DNA of 64,000 nucleotides. It comes from the human T2T-CHM13v2.0 reference genome, Homo sapiens. Below the pieces are notes generated by a model. The model made no database searches. It had not been told where the DNA came from and was given only the letters and a program-made list of their open reading frames with translations. The stretch is taken from assembly GCF_009914755.1 (NCBI RefSeq), contig NC_060929.1; one strand, 5' to 3'. Position 1 is the stretch's first letter. Every line of letters starts with the position of its first letter. Shown here piece by piece: positions 40,907 to 54,974 of this stretch. A program made the translations under genes and the position numbers.

Positions 40907-42414
40907 AAAAGAAAATAAGGGTCTGAACTAGAATTGTGGCCTTGATATTTGAAGGGCAATGGATTAAGGAGACATTTTAGAAGTTTGTATCAACTTGGTT
41001 ATTGGCTGAATTCTGTGGAAGAGAAAATGAGGCACCAAATATGATTGTTGTTTTCAAGTCCGGTTAACAGGAGAAATGGGAGAGTCAGGAGGAGTTGTCT
41101 GGGGGTGAAGCGGTTTAGCTTGGAAGTGCTGAGTTTGAGGATAGGTGGTGCTCTCGGTAGAGATTTTCATCAGTCAGCTGGGAAATGAAGTTGGAATAAA
41201 ATCCAGAAGCAGAGCCAGATCCAAAAGGATAATAGCAGTAAACACCAAGGTAATTCCAGGAGGCAGAAAGCCAGGATGAGGGCAAGAGCCACTGGAGCAG
41301 AGAGTGGCTTGTCTGGATGGTTTCTCTGTTCACACCCAGCGATTGTATGTGGGGTCCCTACAGGTACTAAAGAGAAATCGAGGATGTGGGCTTTGCCCAG
41401 GTGGCCACTATGGATGATAACAGAAATAAGGAAAGAGTACTGGACCACTTCTTTGTATAACTGACTGATTCGTTCTTGACCTCTCCCCTAACAATTGAAA
41501 GTTTTCTTTTCTTCCTTCCGTTTTCTTACTTTTTATTCCTCATGCATATTCTAATCCTCTGAGTTTGTTAGCCAGTCTGCATAAGTCTTTCCATTCTCCA
41601 TTCTCTAGTTACTTGTCAAAATAGTTCCTCTGTGAATTATCATCCCCCATGACCCCCCACCCACAACACCATTATTGTCACATTCATTATGGTGGCTCTT
41701 GTGAAGGAAGTCATCCCAGACCTGGGCTAAGACCTTTCCTCTGGAGCAGAGTCACTGTGTGATTGTGGTCATGTTATTAGCTTTTCGAAACCTTGATTTC
41801 CTCTTCTAAAAAAAGGCTAAGTGACCATACCACTTCATACGGTTGTAAAGATTAAGTAAAATACGTATGGTGCAAAAGCAATATTTTGTGTTTAACTTGC
41901 CTAATTGTGTTTAACTTGCCTAATTTGCAAGAGAGGAGTTTGAAGCTGGAGAAGGATTTAATCTTTCTGTCCTTCTTGAATTTCTCACTTCACTCCTCAC
42001 AGGACTCTCCTCCATACCATAGGACTCTCCTCCATTTCCAACCCTAGTTGAAATCTGTTGCTAAGTGGGATTCTGGTTTGCTTGTAAATCTAATTTTGAG
42101 ATACCTCTTATACAAGGTATCTCAATAAAGCGACCTTCAAAAGGAAGAAAGAAAAGGAGAGAAAAAAGGAAAAGAAAGGAAGAATGGGAAGAGGGAGGGA
42201 GCCAGGAACAAATAAGTTGGCTCCATGTGTTTTGCTGCCTTTTATCAGGAGCAGAAGAAATGTCTATGCTGATGGTGAGGTCAGAGAAAGACAGTGTCAC
42301 ACCCAAGGCCAACATCTGACTTTTTCACCTGTTCGAGGCTGCCCTTTCCTGGGACCTCGCTGATGGTTAATCACTAACTTCTGCTACACTAACACAACTC
42401 AGTTTAGATAAAAT

Positions 42415-42602
42415 CATGGTTCTCAAAGTGTAGTCCCAGCAAAAGCAGCATCAGCACCACTGGGGAACTTATGAGAAATGCATATTCTTGGGCTGTACCT
42501 TAGACCTAGTAAATCAGTACCTCCAGAGGTTAGTACCAGTAGTCTGTGTTTGAACAAGCCCTCCAAGTGAATCTGGTGTATGCTTAAATTTGAGAATCAC
42601 TG
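42415..42602 (+). mobile_element. MER5A
   Basis: tggttctcaaagtgtagtccc...gcagcatcagc...tttgagaatcactg. Confidence 0.88.
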
Positions 42603-44743
42603 ACCTGAAAAAAAGGCTCTCTCAGGTATATGAGGGTGGTTACTTTGAGCCAGAGGGAAGTCCTTGCCTTGCAGCACTCAGATCCTACAACATAGGCAAG
42701 AAAGAGATGCCTGCTGGTGCCAAAGGTCGGATGCTTAATGGAAATGTGAAACATGGTTGAAAAGCAGGTAAAAGAAACCTCATTCCCCCATAAGTAGAGG
42801 CACCATGAGAGTGAGGTTCCTTCCTTCTGACTCGCCTGTGGGAACCCCAGGGGGTCCAACGCACATAGTATTAGAGAATCTTTGGCCAAATGAGGTCCCA
42901 CCTTGTGCTTTAACTTCTTTCTTTGCGGAAATGTGGGCAGACATTATCTCATCCTGCAAGAATCACATGGAAAAGCTCAGTTTGAGATTCCTGTAGACAG
43001 AATTGATCCCAATGGGGTGACGACCTTCACTGGGCTCTGGGTGTGCAGAAAGCAGAAGTTAGCAGGAACTCTCAAACCCATGAGCTGCACTCTCCTCCCT
43101 CCAGCCTTCCTGAATAAAGCAGAACACTATTTTAGCATTCGTTCCAACCAAGGTGGGAAACAGCCTGGTCATAACAGGGAGAAGTCAAGTCTTGGAGCAC
43201 TGTGGGAGGGGAATATGAGCACGTGTGAGTGAGCTGAGAAAACAGGTGATAAGAAGGAAGGGGTGCCCTCTGGGAGAGAAGCAAAATGCGGGACGGGATG
43301 GTCAAAGCCAAATGTATATCCTTCCCTACAGGTCTGAGGCCAGCCTCCAGCCTGCCTATAAGTCTCATTCCTGACTCTGCAGAGAGCAGAAAAGAATGGA
43401 AAGGCTTTAAGAAGTCCAAGAATATCTGGTTGAGAAAAATCCATTTTTCTGGACTTCCTACTTTGTTCATTTGCTACAGATTAGAGTCAAGAGTTTGGAT
43501 CCTCCCAGTCTTTTAAATGTTGTGGTATTCTACCAAAAGGAGTGAAGCAGGAGGACATGGACAGCCACCTCAGGTCACCTTAGAGGGAAGCAGGGGGTCT
43601 GAGCATGCTGCAGGCAGAGACCATGCACAACAATGTGGATTCCACATTGCCACAGTGGGACCAGGCCAGTGCCAAGTGCATGCATAGGAACAACTCTTTC
43701 ATGAATCTTGCTATTTTGAAAGGGCCGTTCAGCTGTCAGTCCAAGCCCAAATAAATACAACTGTCTCAGTCAGAAGCCCTGAAGAAAGCCCTTCTCTTTG
43801 GCAGTCTGATTACAGCTGCCACTGACATTCTACAGAATGCAATGATTTATGTATGCAGCAGGAAGATGACTGGCTGCAGGGCAACAGGGGGATTTTCTTC
43901 TGCAAGAATTTCTGTCATGGCCTTTTCTGACCCTTCACCCTAGTGATTGAAATTTGAAAGTAAAATGAATGACTTCTCTATGAGTTATTGAGTTTTCCTA
44001 CCCTGCATTTAGCATAACTTGCTACTTGGGGGAAAAAAGGGATAAAGGGCTCTGTTCAGTCAAATGTCTGAATTAATGATGTCCCCAAGCATCTTGGATT
44101 TAGATAGTAGATTTGAGGATGCAGGGAACATGAGTGTTTCCAATGAGAGATGCAGCTTTATCGGAGCTTGTTATAGAAAGAGAAACTAATCAGCAAATTG
44201 GCGGTGAGACTCCATTAAGGAGAGTGACCCCAGTTGGAGGGTGATTTTTAAGCTGTTTTTGTGGACCAGACAACCTTGGTTTCCAAGCCTCCTCTGCTCA
44301 TATTGAGCTAGTTTCAGGAAATGGATTCACACAAGCACACAGCCTTGACCTTACCAAAGAGTTGATAGGGAGAAGACAAGTTGTATTTACCTTAGATTTG
44401 CCAAAACAAATCGAGTGATTAATGGAAAAGGAATGAGTGTCAATTACATCATGGGGCAGACAAGGCCAAAAGGAAACCTATGACAGTTCTGTATTTCCTT
44501 GAAATTTGTTTAGAGTTAATATTTATATTTACACTAAAGTTTCCAAGATCTTTTTTATGATAGTCATCTAACACTACAGGAAGGGCCACATTGGAAAATC
44601 AGAGAGAATGGATGCATCGTGTACTATAATAGATCAAAAGTCTGTGCACTCTGTACCAGCCTGTGGTTAGCATTGTTTTTTCTAGCTGGAAGTTTTCCCT
44701 AAAGCTATTAGCATCTGTGACAAGACAACTTAAAGATAGTGAG

Positions 44744-45034
44744 GGCCTGGCAAGGTGGCTCACACCTGTAATCCTAGGACTTTGGGAGGCTGACGTTGGA
44801 GGACTGCTTGAGGCTAGTAGTTTGAGACCAGCCGGCCAATATAGGGAGACCCTCGTCTTTACAAAAAATGAATGAGCCGGGCATGGTGGCACATGCATGT
44901 CGTCCCAGCTACTCGGGAGGCTGAGAGGGAAGGACTGCTTGAGCCCAGGAGTTTGCTGTTGCAATGAGCCATAATAGTACCACTGCACTCCAGCCTGGGC
45001 AACAGAGTGAGACTCTGTCTCTAAAAGAAAAAAA
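44744..45034 (+). mobile_element. AluJ
   Basis: TSD aaagatagtgagg on both sides. Confidence 0.93.
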
Positions 45035-45539
45035 AAAGATAGTGAGGCTATACTGGTGTCCACATTAAACAGCTGGGGAAAGCAGAGTAATTCAGAGAGA
45101 ACAGCAACTAATTGGAGCTGAGAACACCTTTATCCACAATGGCTGTTCAGACAGCCTTTGCCACAGCTGTCTCATGATGAAAGGATAAAGGCTTCCTCAG
45201 TGCTTTCATTCACTAAGCATACTTACTGTTTGTCAAGTGCCATGGGACTGCACATAGAAACAATACACTTAGAGTTTGATGAGTGAGAAAATACTCTCCT
45301 AAATAGCCATAATACAAAGCATAATATGGTAAATATCATAAGCAAGGCATACAAAATCTCACAACTAGCTTTCCAACAATCTCTAAGACCCATTAAGCCT
45401 ACAAGTGACTGTGTGGCAAATTAAGGCATGACTACAGTACCTGACAAGCATTTATTTAGCAGTACGCACTGGAAAGTAATCTTCACAGGGCAGGAGATTT
45501 TGTCTATTTGGTACACTGCTGTATTATTACCATTGAAGT

Positions 45540-45770
45540 AGGAATAAGGACAATAACAGTAGCAGCTACCCCTTTTGGAGGAGCTATTACACCAAGCACC
45601 ATGGTACAAAGTTTACATTTATTAGCTCATTTCATCTTTTCAAAAGTGTTATGAAATGGATATTATGATCCCCATTTTGTGGTCAAAGAAGTTGACTTAC
45701 TGAAAAATCAAGTTTTCTAAAGTCACACAGAGCTGGAACATAGAGAAGCAAAGACAAAAGCTGAGCCAAC
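45540..45770 (-). mobile_element. MIR
   Basis: tattatgatccccattttgtggtcaaagaa...aagtcacacag. Confidence 0.65.
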
Positions 45771-45944
45771 TATTGAAGAATAGATAGGAGGAAGTCACAG
45801 AGGTAGGCCAGCAATAGAAAACTCAGAGGAATAATACAAGACTAGTTGGATAAAAGTCACAGTGCAAGTCATGGTTAGGTAGCTATGTTGTTTGTACAAG
45901 AGAATCACAAATAATAGAGAATGCATGTGCCGAATGGCCTCTAG

Positions 45945-46110
45945 CTCAAGGCTACTCAGACTCTAATATGGATTCAAATAACTTGGGGATCATGTTAAAA
46001 TGCATACTGTGATTCAGCTGGTCCAGGACAGGACCTGAGATGAAGCATTTCTGACAAGCTTACAGGTGATGCGATGTCCCTGATCTAAGGCTACAATTTG
46101 AGTAATAAAG
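45945..46110 (-). mobile_element. MER5A-type MITE
   Basis: cttggggatcatgttaaaatgca...gcatttctgacaagcttacaggtgatgc. Confidence 0.7.
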
Positions 46111-46300
46111 GTCTAGCCCTTTGGTCCCAAATGCTGTTCTAAGAACCAGTGCTTAACAGTCTATAAAGAAGTCTATAGTTAAATGAAAACAGCAAGACAA
46201 TAGACTGAAGTTTTTTACAGGTAGCTTTATTCAGTTTTTGATTATTTATGTTGAGATATAATTCACTGTATTTGCAACACAAGATGATTAAAACAGACTA

Positions 46301-46639
46301 CAGTCATCCCTCAGTATCTGTTGGGGATTGGCTCCAGGACCCCTGCAGATACCAAACTCCATGAATGCTCAAGTCCCATATGTAAAAAGGTGTAGTAGTT
46401 GCCTATCATCTATGCGCATCTTCTGGGATACATTAAATCATCTCTAGATTACTTATAATACCTAATACAATGTAAATGCTATGTAAATAGTTGCTATACC
46501 GTATTGTTTAGGAAATAATGCCAAGAAAAAAGCCTGTGCATGTTCAGTACATACTCGACCATCCACTTTTTCAAATATTTTTTATCTGTGACTGGTTGAC
46601 TAAAAAGATGTGAAGCCTATGAATATGGAGGGCCAACTG
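46301..46639 (+). mobile_element. MER2 (TcMar-Tigger MITE)
   Basis: cagtcatccctcagtatc...gagggccaactg terminal inverted repeats; TA TSD on both sides. Confidence 0.92.
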
Positions 46640-47305
46640 TACCTAGGTAAATATTAGATTTAATCATAGACTAAAACCTAGTAACATTATGTCAGTCTCC
46701 AATTATTTTTTTTCAAAAAAGCTAGGAACCAGTGATCAAGTCCAACTTCTCATCTTATAAATGGGGAAACTGAGGCCTAGAGTGGAGAAGTGATTTACCC
46801 ATTAGCAGAAAATGTAGGCTGAGAGTCCCTTGTCTCTGAAAGGTAGAGACAGAGTAAGGATACAAGGTAGGTATCTTAGATTGCAGAGACCATTACTTGT
46901 CACATTGAGAAATCTGAATTTTATCTTAGAGGCCACAGCAAATTATTGAATAATTTGATAAGAGGAAGTGACATAGTGAAAATTATGAGTTAGGACAGCT
47001 GATCTGGTAATAAAATATAGCATAAGTGCCTAGAGGCAGGAAGATCAATTTAGAATCCAATGCTTGATTAGCATGATCTATAAAATAGAATCTAAGGTGC
47101 CATCAGTTATTAGAAGCACTTAGATATACCCCAAAGAAAGAAAAATTGTAATAAAACAATGGCAAAATGATTCCTTATCACTTTGGAATTTTTATTTCAT
47201 CCTTATTGAATTGCTCTTTTATACTTATTTAGAGATTGCTTTTTATCATAGATTTATCTTATACTTTCATAAAAGTAAACTATGAGCAAAATAGATTGCC
47301 CAAGG

Positions 47306-47824
47306 CCATGGTTCCCAAACCATGTACCACAGCACTTCAAGGAGCTACTGGGCACTTACTGGGGTGCTGTGGGATATAATATTTTTAACACAATGATTCT
47401 TGACATCTGTTCAGATATGGTATAAACTTCTAGCTCAACGTTAGTGACAATTCCAACATTAGATCAGGCTACATTCCTTTTGATGACATTATATTTTGTG
47501 AAGCTTGGGTTGATGGCAATTGCTGTGTTTTTTTAAAAAGTGAGTACTGCAAAAACAAAATGGAATAGGAAATGAAGATGGCAATGTCCAATTTGATCCC
47601 AAGATTTGGGATGTTGTGCAGTGCTCAAGAAGCACACCCATCCCATAAAAAGGTAATTCTAGTTATTTAAGGATAAAATGAAAATATTTTTTCAAATGGC
47701 TACTAAGTTGTTGGACCTATCTAATAAATGGAAATGTTAGATATTTCTCTTGGCCTAAGGGTGCTGGGAAAAAGGTACTAAGAAACTAGAAATGCCATCA
47801 ACCAAGAAAGTTTGAGAATCTCTG
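47306..47824. mobile_element. hAT-Charlie non-autonomous element (Charlie4-like)
   Basis: tggttcccaaac...gtttgagaatctctg termini; about 520 bp. Confidence 0.6.
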
Positions 47825-48432
47825 GGTTAAGTATTCCTAAAACTTCTTGACATCCATACTGCAATTCTTCTGGATCACTCTTTGATTCACAGTAGTCCAC
47901 ATCCATGTTCAATGTGTACAGCATTATGCCTGTGCCATAGATGCATTGGCAATGCAGTTTTTTAAGAATGCTCCACTACTGTCTTTGCAATATATTTTTT
48001 CAAGCTCCGTTCATTTTGGAAATTTTGTTGTTGGAAAATATTCAAAGATGTTCATGAAAAGTTTTTAGGCAATAACCAGAACTCGTACTTAGAACTCATT
48101 TTTCGGCAATAACCAGAACAGTCTATTGAAATCTAGACGTTGAGAACACTGAGTTCCATTCACACTACCAGGAAAAATATGTCAGACTGAGCTCATAGAG
48201 GCAATAACAAATACACCACAACTGCCTTCATGTCAATAGCAGTTGTAAGTTGCCATTGGGTATAACCCCATTCCAATTTTAAATATGTTAAACTAAGAAA
48301 AAGAAAGATATATCTATCAACAAACCAACAAAATGCAGTGATATCTATTTCATAATGTTGTGAGAGTTGATGTAATATATGTGAAAGGGTTTTGGTTTTT
48401 TGGGGGGGGTTGTTTGTTTTTGCAGGACAATC

Positions 48433-50325
<1,893 letters not shown>

Positions 50326-50749
50326 AATTATAAGGCACTACTGATATTACTTTCATTAGGCACCAGATGATAAGGGCCCAGACTAGGATATGAAAAGAGG
50401 CTATGGAAAAAGAACTGTAAGGTTATGAGGCATTGAAGGAGAGTCAACAAGATTTTCAAATTAGAACACAAATTTGAAACACAAATTAGAACACAAATTT
50501 GGGTTGTTAACCTGCTTTTGACTCATGAAAACTGTCCTGTAAATTCTTGGCCAGATGCTTGCACCCAGGCTAGAGCTTAAGAGAAATGTACAATCCATCT
50601 GGCAACTCTTTGGTCCTCTTTGTTATATTCCATCCAAAGTCACAGCCATAGACTTCCTGCTCCAATACAAGTCAACAATAGAACTTAGAGTCCTTAGTAA
50701 AACTATGATGGAAGAGAAGATGTTTACAGCGAATCACTTGTATATTTCA

Positions 50750-50990
50750 TTCTTGGAGAGTGGTTTAGTTTGGTAGTTAAATTCACTGGTTTTGGTAGAA
50801 ATTGGCCTGGATTACAAGCCCTCATTATACCCTTTGTTAGCTGTGTGACATCAGTCCTCTAAGTGTCAGTTTCCTTATCAATTATCCTTAGTGTAATAGG
50901 AATAATTATAACATCTCCTTCATAGGTTGTAATGATGATTAAACTAGATAATGTGTAAGTCGTGGTGCTTGGCTTAGATTTGGCATTTAA
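50750..50990 (+). mobile_element. MIR
   Basis: ttagctgtgtgac...ctaagtgtcagtttccttatc...cttcataggttgtaatgatgattaaa. Confidence 0.7.
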
Positions 50991-51149
50991 ATGTCCAAAA
51001 AGCGAACATATTCTATTTTTTGCCATCTTTTTGGCAGGTTTGGAATTGTTTCACAGAGGAGTTTGTTCCCATGCTTAAAATTTTGTTTAGAAAAGCATCA
51101 TGAGCAATCAGTTAACAGAAGCCATATGTGACTTATATGTAGCATCTTC

Positions 51150-51720
51150 CCACTGGTTTCATCTTCACTAGCATCTCCCTAGTCTATGCCACCATCATGT
51201 CTTTCCTGACCCAGAACTCTACCTTCTAAGTGCAAATCTTGTTTCCACTCTTGACTCACTGGAATCTGTTCTATAATCACATTTCTAAATGTTCTTCAGA
51301 TTTTGTCACTACTGAGGTTAGAAATCCCTCCAACAACTTCGCATTGCACTGTCAATAAAATCCAAACTCAGTATCTAGACTTTCCACATCTAATGCTCCG
51401 CCTTATCTCCTACTGCTACATTTGTCACTTCACTCCAACTACATTGACCTGACTTCTGATCCTTCAACACACCAAGCCCATTCTCGCTGTAGATGCTTTT
51501 ATGTTCCCTGTGCGTAACATTTGTTACTCTCTAATATTTTTCTTATTCATCAATTTAACAACCATATTTTCTCCATCTCCCCAGCACCAGCCTTCAGAAT
51601 GTAAACTCCATGAGAGTAAACATTGTCTTGTTCTCTGTGACATCCCCAGTATCTAAAGCACACCTGGCCCATACTAGGCATGCTATAAATAATTGCTTAA
51701 TCACAAATAAATGTATGCAA
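51150..51720 (+). mobile_element. L2 3' portion
   Basis: agaatgtaaactccatgagag...cacctggcccatactaggcatgctataaata. Confidence 0.7.
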
Positions 51721-53149
51721 GTTAGACATCAGGAAAATGCCATTATATTAGTACCCTTTTATGGAAACACTTCTTAAGAGACAACATTCTGTAAGGAGTA
51801 AGTAACAGCATATATTACAATCCAGATCTGGTAGTAAAGGACTGTAATAATCTTGCCCAGGTACTGACAGACTGAATATGTACAAAGCCAAGGAAATGAT
51901 ATTTTATTGTCACCTCCCTTTGTTTTAAAAGTGTTTCATAACCAAGAGCTCTCTGTTAGATTTTTCCTTTTACATCCAGAAGGTCTTCTCCTGGCTTCTA
52001 AAAGATTTGCTTGTCAGTTTATTTGAGCAGACAATATATTTCTAAGACTGACATTCAGTAGCAATTTGAATCTTGTAGAGTTACTTGATTCTTCTAGCAT
52101 TTAACAAATAGGCTATTCCAGGACACCAGGCTAGAAGGGTGCTTTGAATAGCTATCAAATGGGAGGGATATTTATCTCCGTATGTATCTGTACACATATA
52201 GTAATCTCCCTCTCTGTCTCTTTCACTCCCTCTACTTGTTAATAGAGAAAATGTCAACAGCAGTAGAGATTTATTTCTTTGAACTCTTTACTCACAAAGC
52301 TGACAAAAACTGGGGGCCAAACTCATTTATTCCAGTCTGAAGGACTAGTCTTCAATCAATCAACAGTAACAGCATATAAATCTGTCAGCATAATAGTAGT
52401 TGTTCAAGGAAAATCTAATCTGTAACTTAATTACTAAGAAGGTACAGTGGAAGAAAAGGGTCCTCTGTAAACTACTAATCAACATAGGAAAGATTCTACC
52501 CCATTCATTTAAATTAAAATATTTATTGAGCAACCACTATTACCCTCCAACTCTATGCAGTAAGGCAAGATAGCAAATCGGACACCCAGAAAGGGCCTTG
52601 GGAACAGTGTGTAAAATGCCAAGGCATAAGGCTAGGCACACAGAAGACACTGGCAAATTCTGGTTTTCCCTGAGTTTCTTGATTTCTCCCTTGAATCTTG
52701 AGGTGTATCTTCAAAGGTACTGCAACTCAACCCAGATATACACCGAGGTGAGTAAAAGTGGCAGCAGCAGCCCAATGTGACAGCCAATTCTGTGTGCAGC
52801 CTGAGACAGGACACTTCACATACATAAAATCTCACTTCCATCCTCAGAGGTAGGTATTTGATTTTCTTTTGCCAAAAAAGGAAATGGAGGTATGAGAGAT
52901 TAAATAAATTATGTGTGATGGATACAAAATGAAAATTAAATTCTGGTTATTCATGGCCATATTCATTTTGTTCAGAACACATTGATTTTCTTGAATCTCT
53001 GAAGCTGAGGATTCGAACAAACAGGGCAGTTTCCAAATGCTCAAAGAACTTTTACCTAATGTGGGGTAAAACATATTTTTTAAAGCATACATTTTATAAC
53101 AGAGGTATGCTTGGTAGGCAAAAGAGAAAATGGCTCACTTTGCCAGAGT

Positions 53150-53680
53150 GCAGTGAGAGTGAAAGGAGAGTGGCACTATCACCAGCATGTGATAAGAGAT
53201 GAATCTTGGAAAATAGACAGGAGTCCATGGGACAATCAAAGACAGGGAGAATGAGGAGATGACAGGCGGGGTGCCAGGGGTGTCAGGGCACAGGGTGAGG
53301 AGGAAGATACTCTACATGCTGGGAACTGCAAATGCTAGGTCTTCAGGACTTTCGGGAACAGTAAGTCATTTGATCAGTCTGGAGTGTGGGTGTGTGCCGT
53401 GGGTGGCAGGAGATAAGCCTGGAGAAGGGAGCCTGGCAGGAGGAGTTTGCATGTCAGGCTGAGGAGTTCAGGCTGTACCACGAAGGTAATGGGAACCCAA
53501 CAAAAGATTTTGAGCAAGGGGATGACATTTCCAGAATGGATCTTTTAAAGGTCTCCCAGCAATGGTATGGAAAAGAGACTAGAGAGAGAGAGACCCATCA
53601 AGGAGGCAGGGAGACCAGAGAAGAGCCTTCTATGCTAGGCCAGGTGAGACACGCTGAGTCCCGGATCGAAGCAGTGGCTC
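53150..53680 (-). mobile_element. L2 fragment
   Basis: gctgaggagttcaggctg...aatgggaaccca...gattttgagcaaggggatgac. Confidence 0.65.
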
Positions 53681-54974
53681 AAAAATGCACTTGTCTGGGC
53701 CCTCTCCCCTGCACAGTTCAGCTTGGTATGCTCCTTGAAGTAGCTCTGTTGCCTCTGCAGCATGAACCAGATTTAAGGGACAATAGAGCTCTGTTCTCAG
53801 CCACACTTCTTCTGCTCACCCTCCTATTTGGTCATCCAGCTGGATGGTATGTAGGTTGTTGTCCTAGTGTTGACCTTAAAAGTGTCCTGAAATTAACCCA
53901 TTAGTCACTTCTTTGCATCAAGTTAAGGAGACTTTTACTAAAGCACAGCAGAGTCCCTAGAAGGAATGCAGCATTATCAGCCATTAATGCCCTGCCCTGA
54001 ATTGCTTCACCAGATTAATTAGTTGGATGCCCAGCAAGGCCCTAATCAAAGGGAGGCAGAGCAGGTAACTGTTGATGAAGTAAGGGAATAAATGAGATTC
54101 TGCATTGGGCACAAGCTGGGAGAACTGTGCTCAGCATCCTGGGCAGAAACAGAGCACCCAGTGCACAGAGGGAGATCAAGGGTCAGGAAAAAAGAAAGAA
54201 CAAGGAGCTTTAGAGACAAAGAAGGCCAGCTGGGCTCATCAGGCCTAGAATCCACTCAGAAGATCCCTTTTGCCACCTATGGCAGGTTCTCTATCCTAAA
54301 GAGAGCCCCTCACCTGGCACGGGAATGTAGACTGGTCAGTGTTATTTCTTCATTTTTTCCAGGATGTTGTGAACAGAGTGCCAGGTAATTTCTATGCACT
54401 CTATCAGTCAGCCCTTACTACATGTGTCATCCAGGCTTAGTTTCCAGGTTTCCCATGAAGACACTGAAGTTCAGAGAGCTTAAGTGAACTGAGCACAGTC
54501 ATTCAGCTGAGTAGCAGAGTCAGGATTTGAATCTAGATCCATTCTGGTTCTTAACCACTGTTAAGACTTTACCTCTGCAGACGTAAAACTCACAGAAGCA
54601 TTTCCCAGATGTCCTCATTTCATTTTAGAAACAAGGTTTTCCCAACCTCAGCCCTTACCTTAACAACAGACCGGCTTTGTGCCACTGGTTCATCTGCTTC
54701 ACATCTCACCACTCAAGCAGTCACTATCACACCTCTTCTGACTGATTGAGGCTTCCCAAGGCCTACAGAGGTAGTTTGGCCTTTAAAATCCTTGGATGCA
54801 TGTTTAAAAGCCCCAACCCCAATCCATCTCCCATTTGTACCCAATCTGGGCACCTGAATACACCCTTACCATAGCCTGGATCTGCACTCTGGGGCTTACC
54901 TGGAAACTCACCGTGCCTGCAGTTTGAGCATTCACAAAGGGGTTTACATCCTGAGAAAGCTGCTGGATTCTTGC

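Noticed and set aside
53386-53904. Longest ORF (172 aa)
   Set aside because: Non-ATG start, largely overlaps an antisense L2 relic, no recognisable domain
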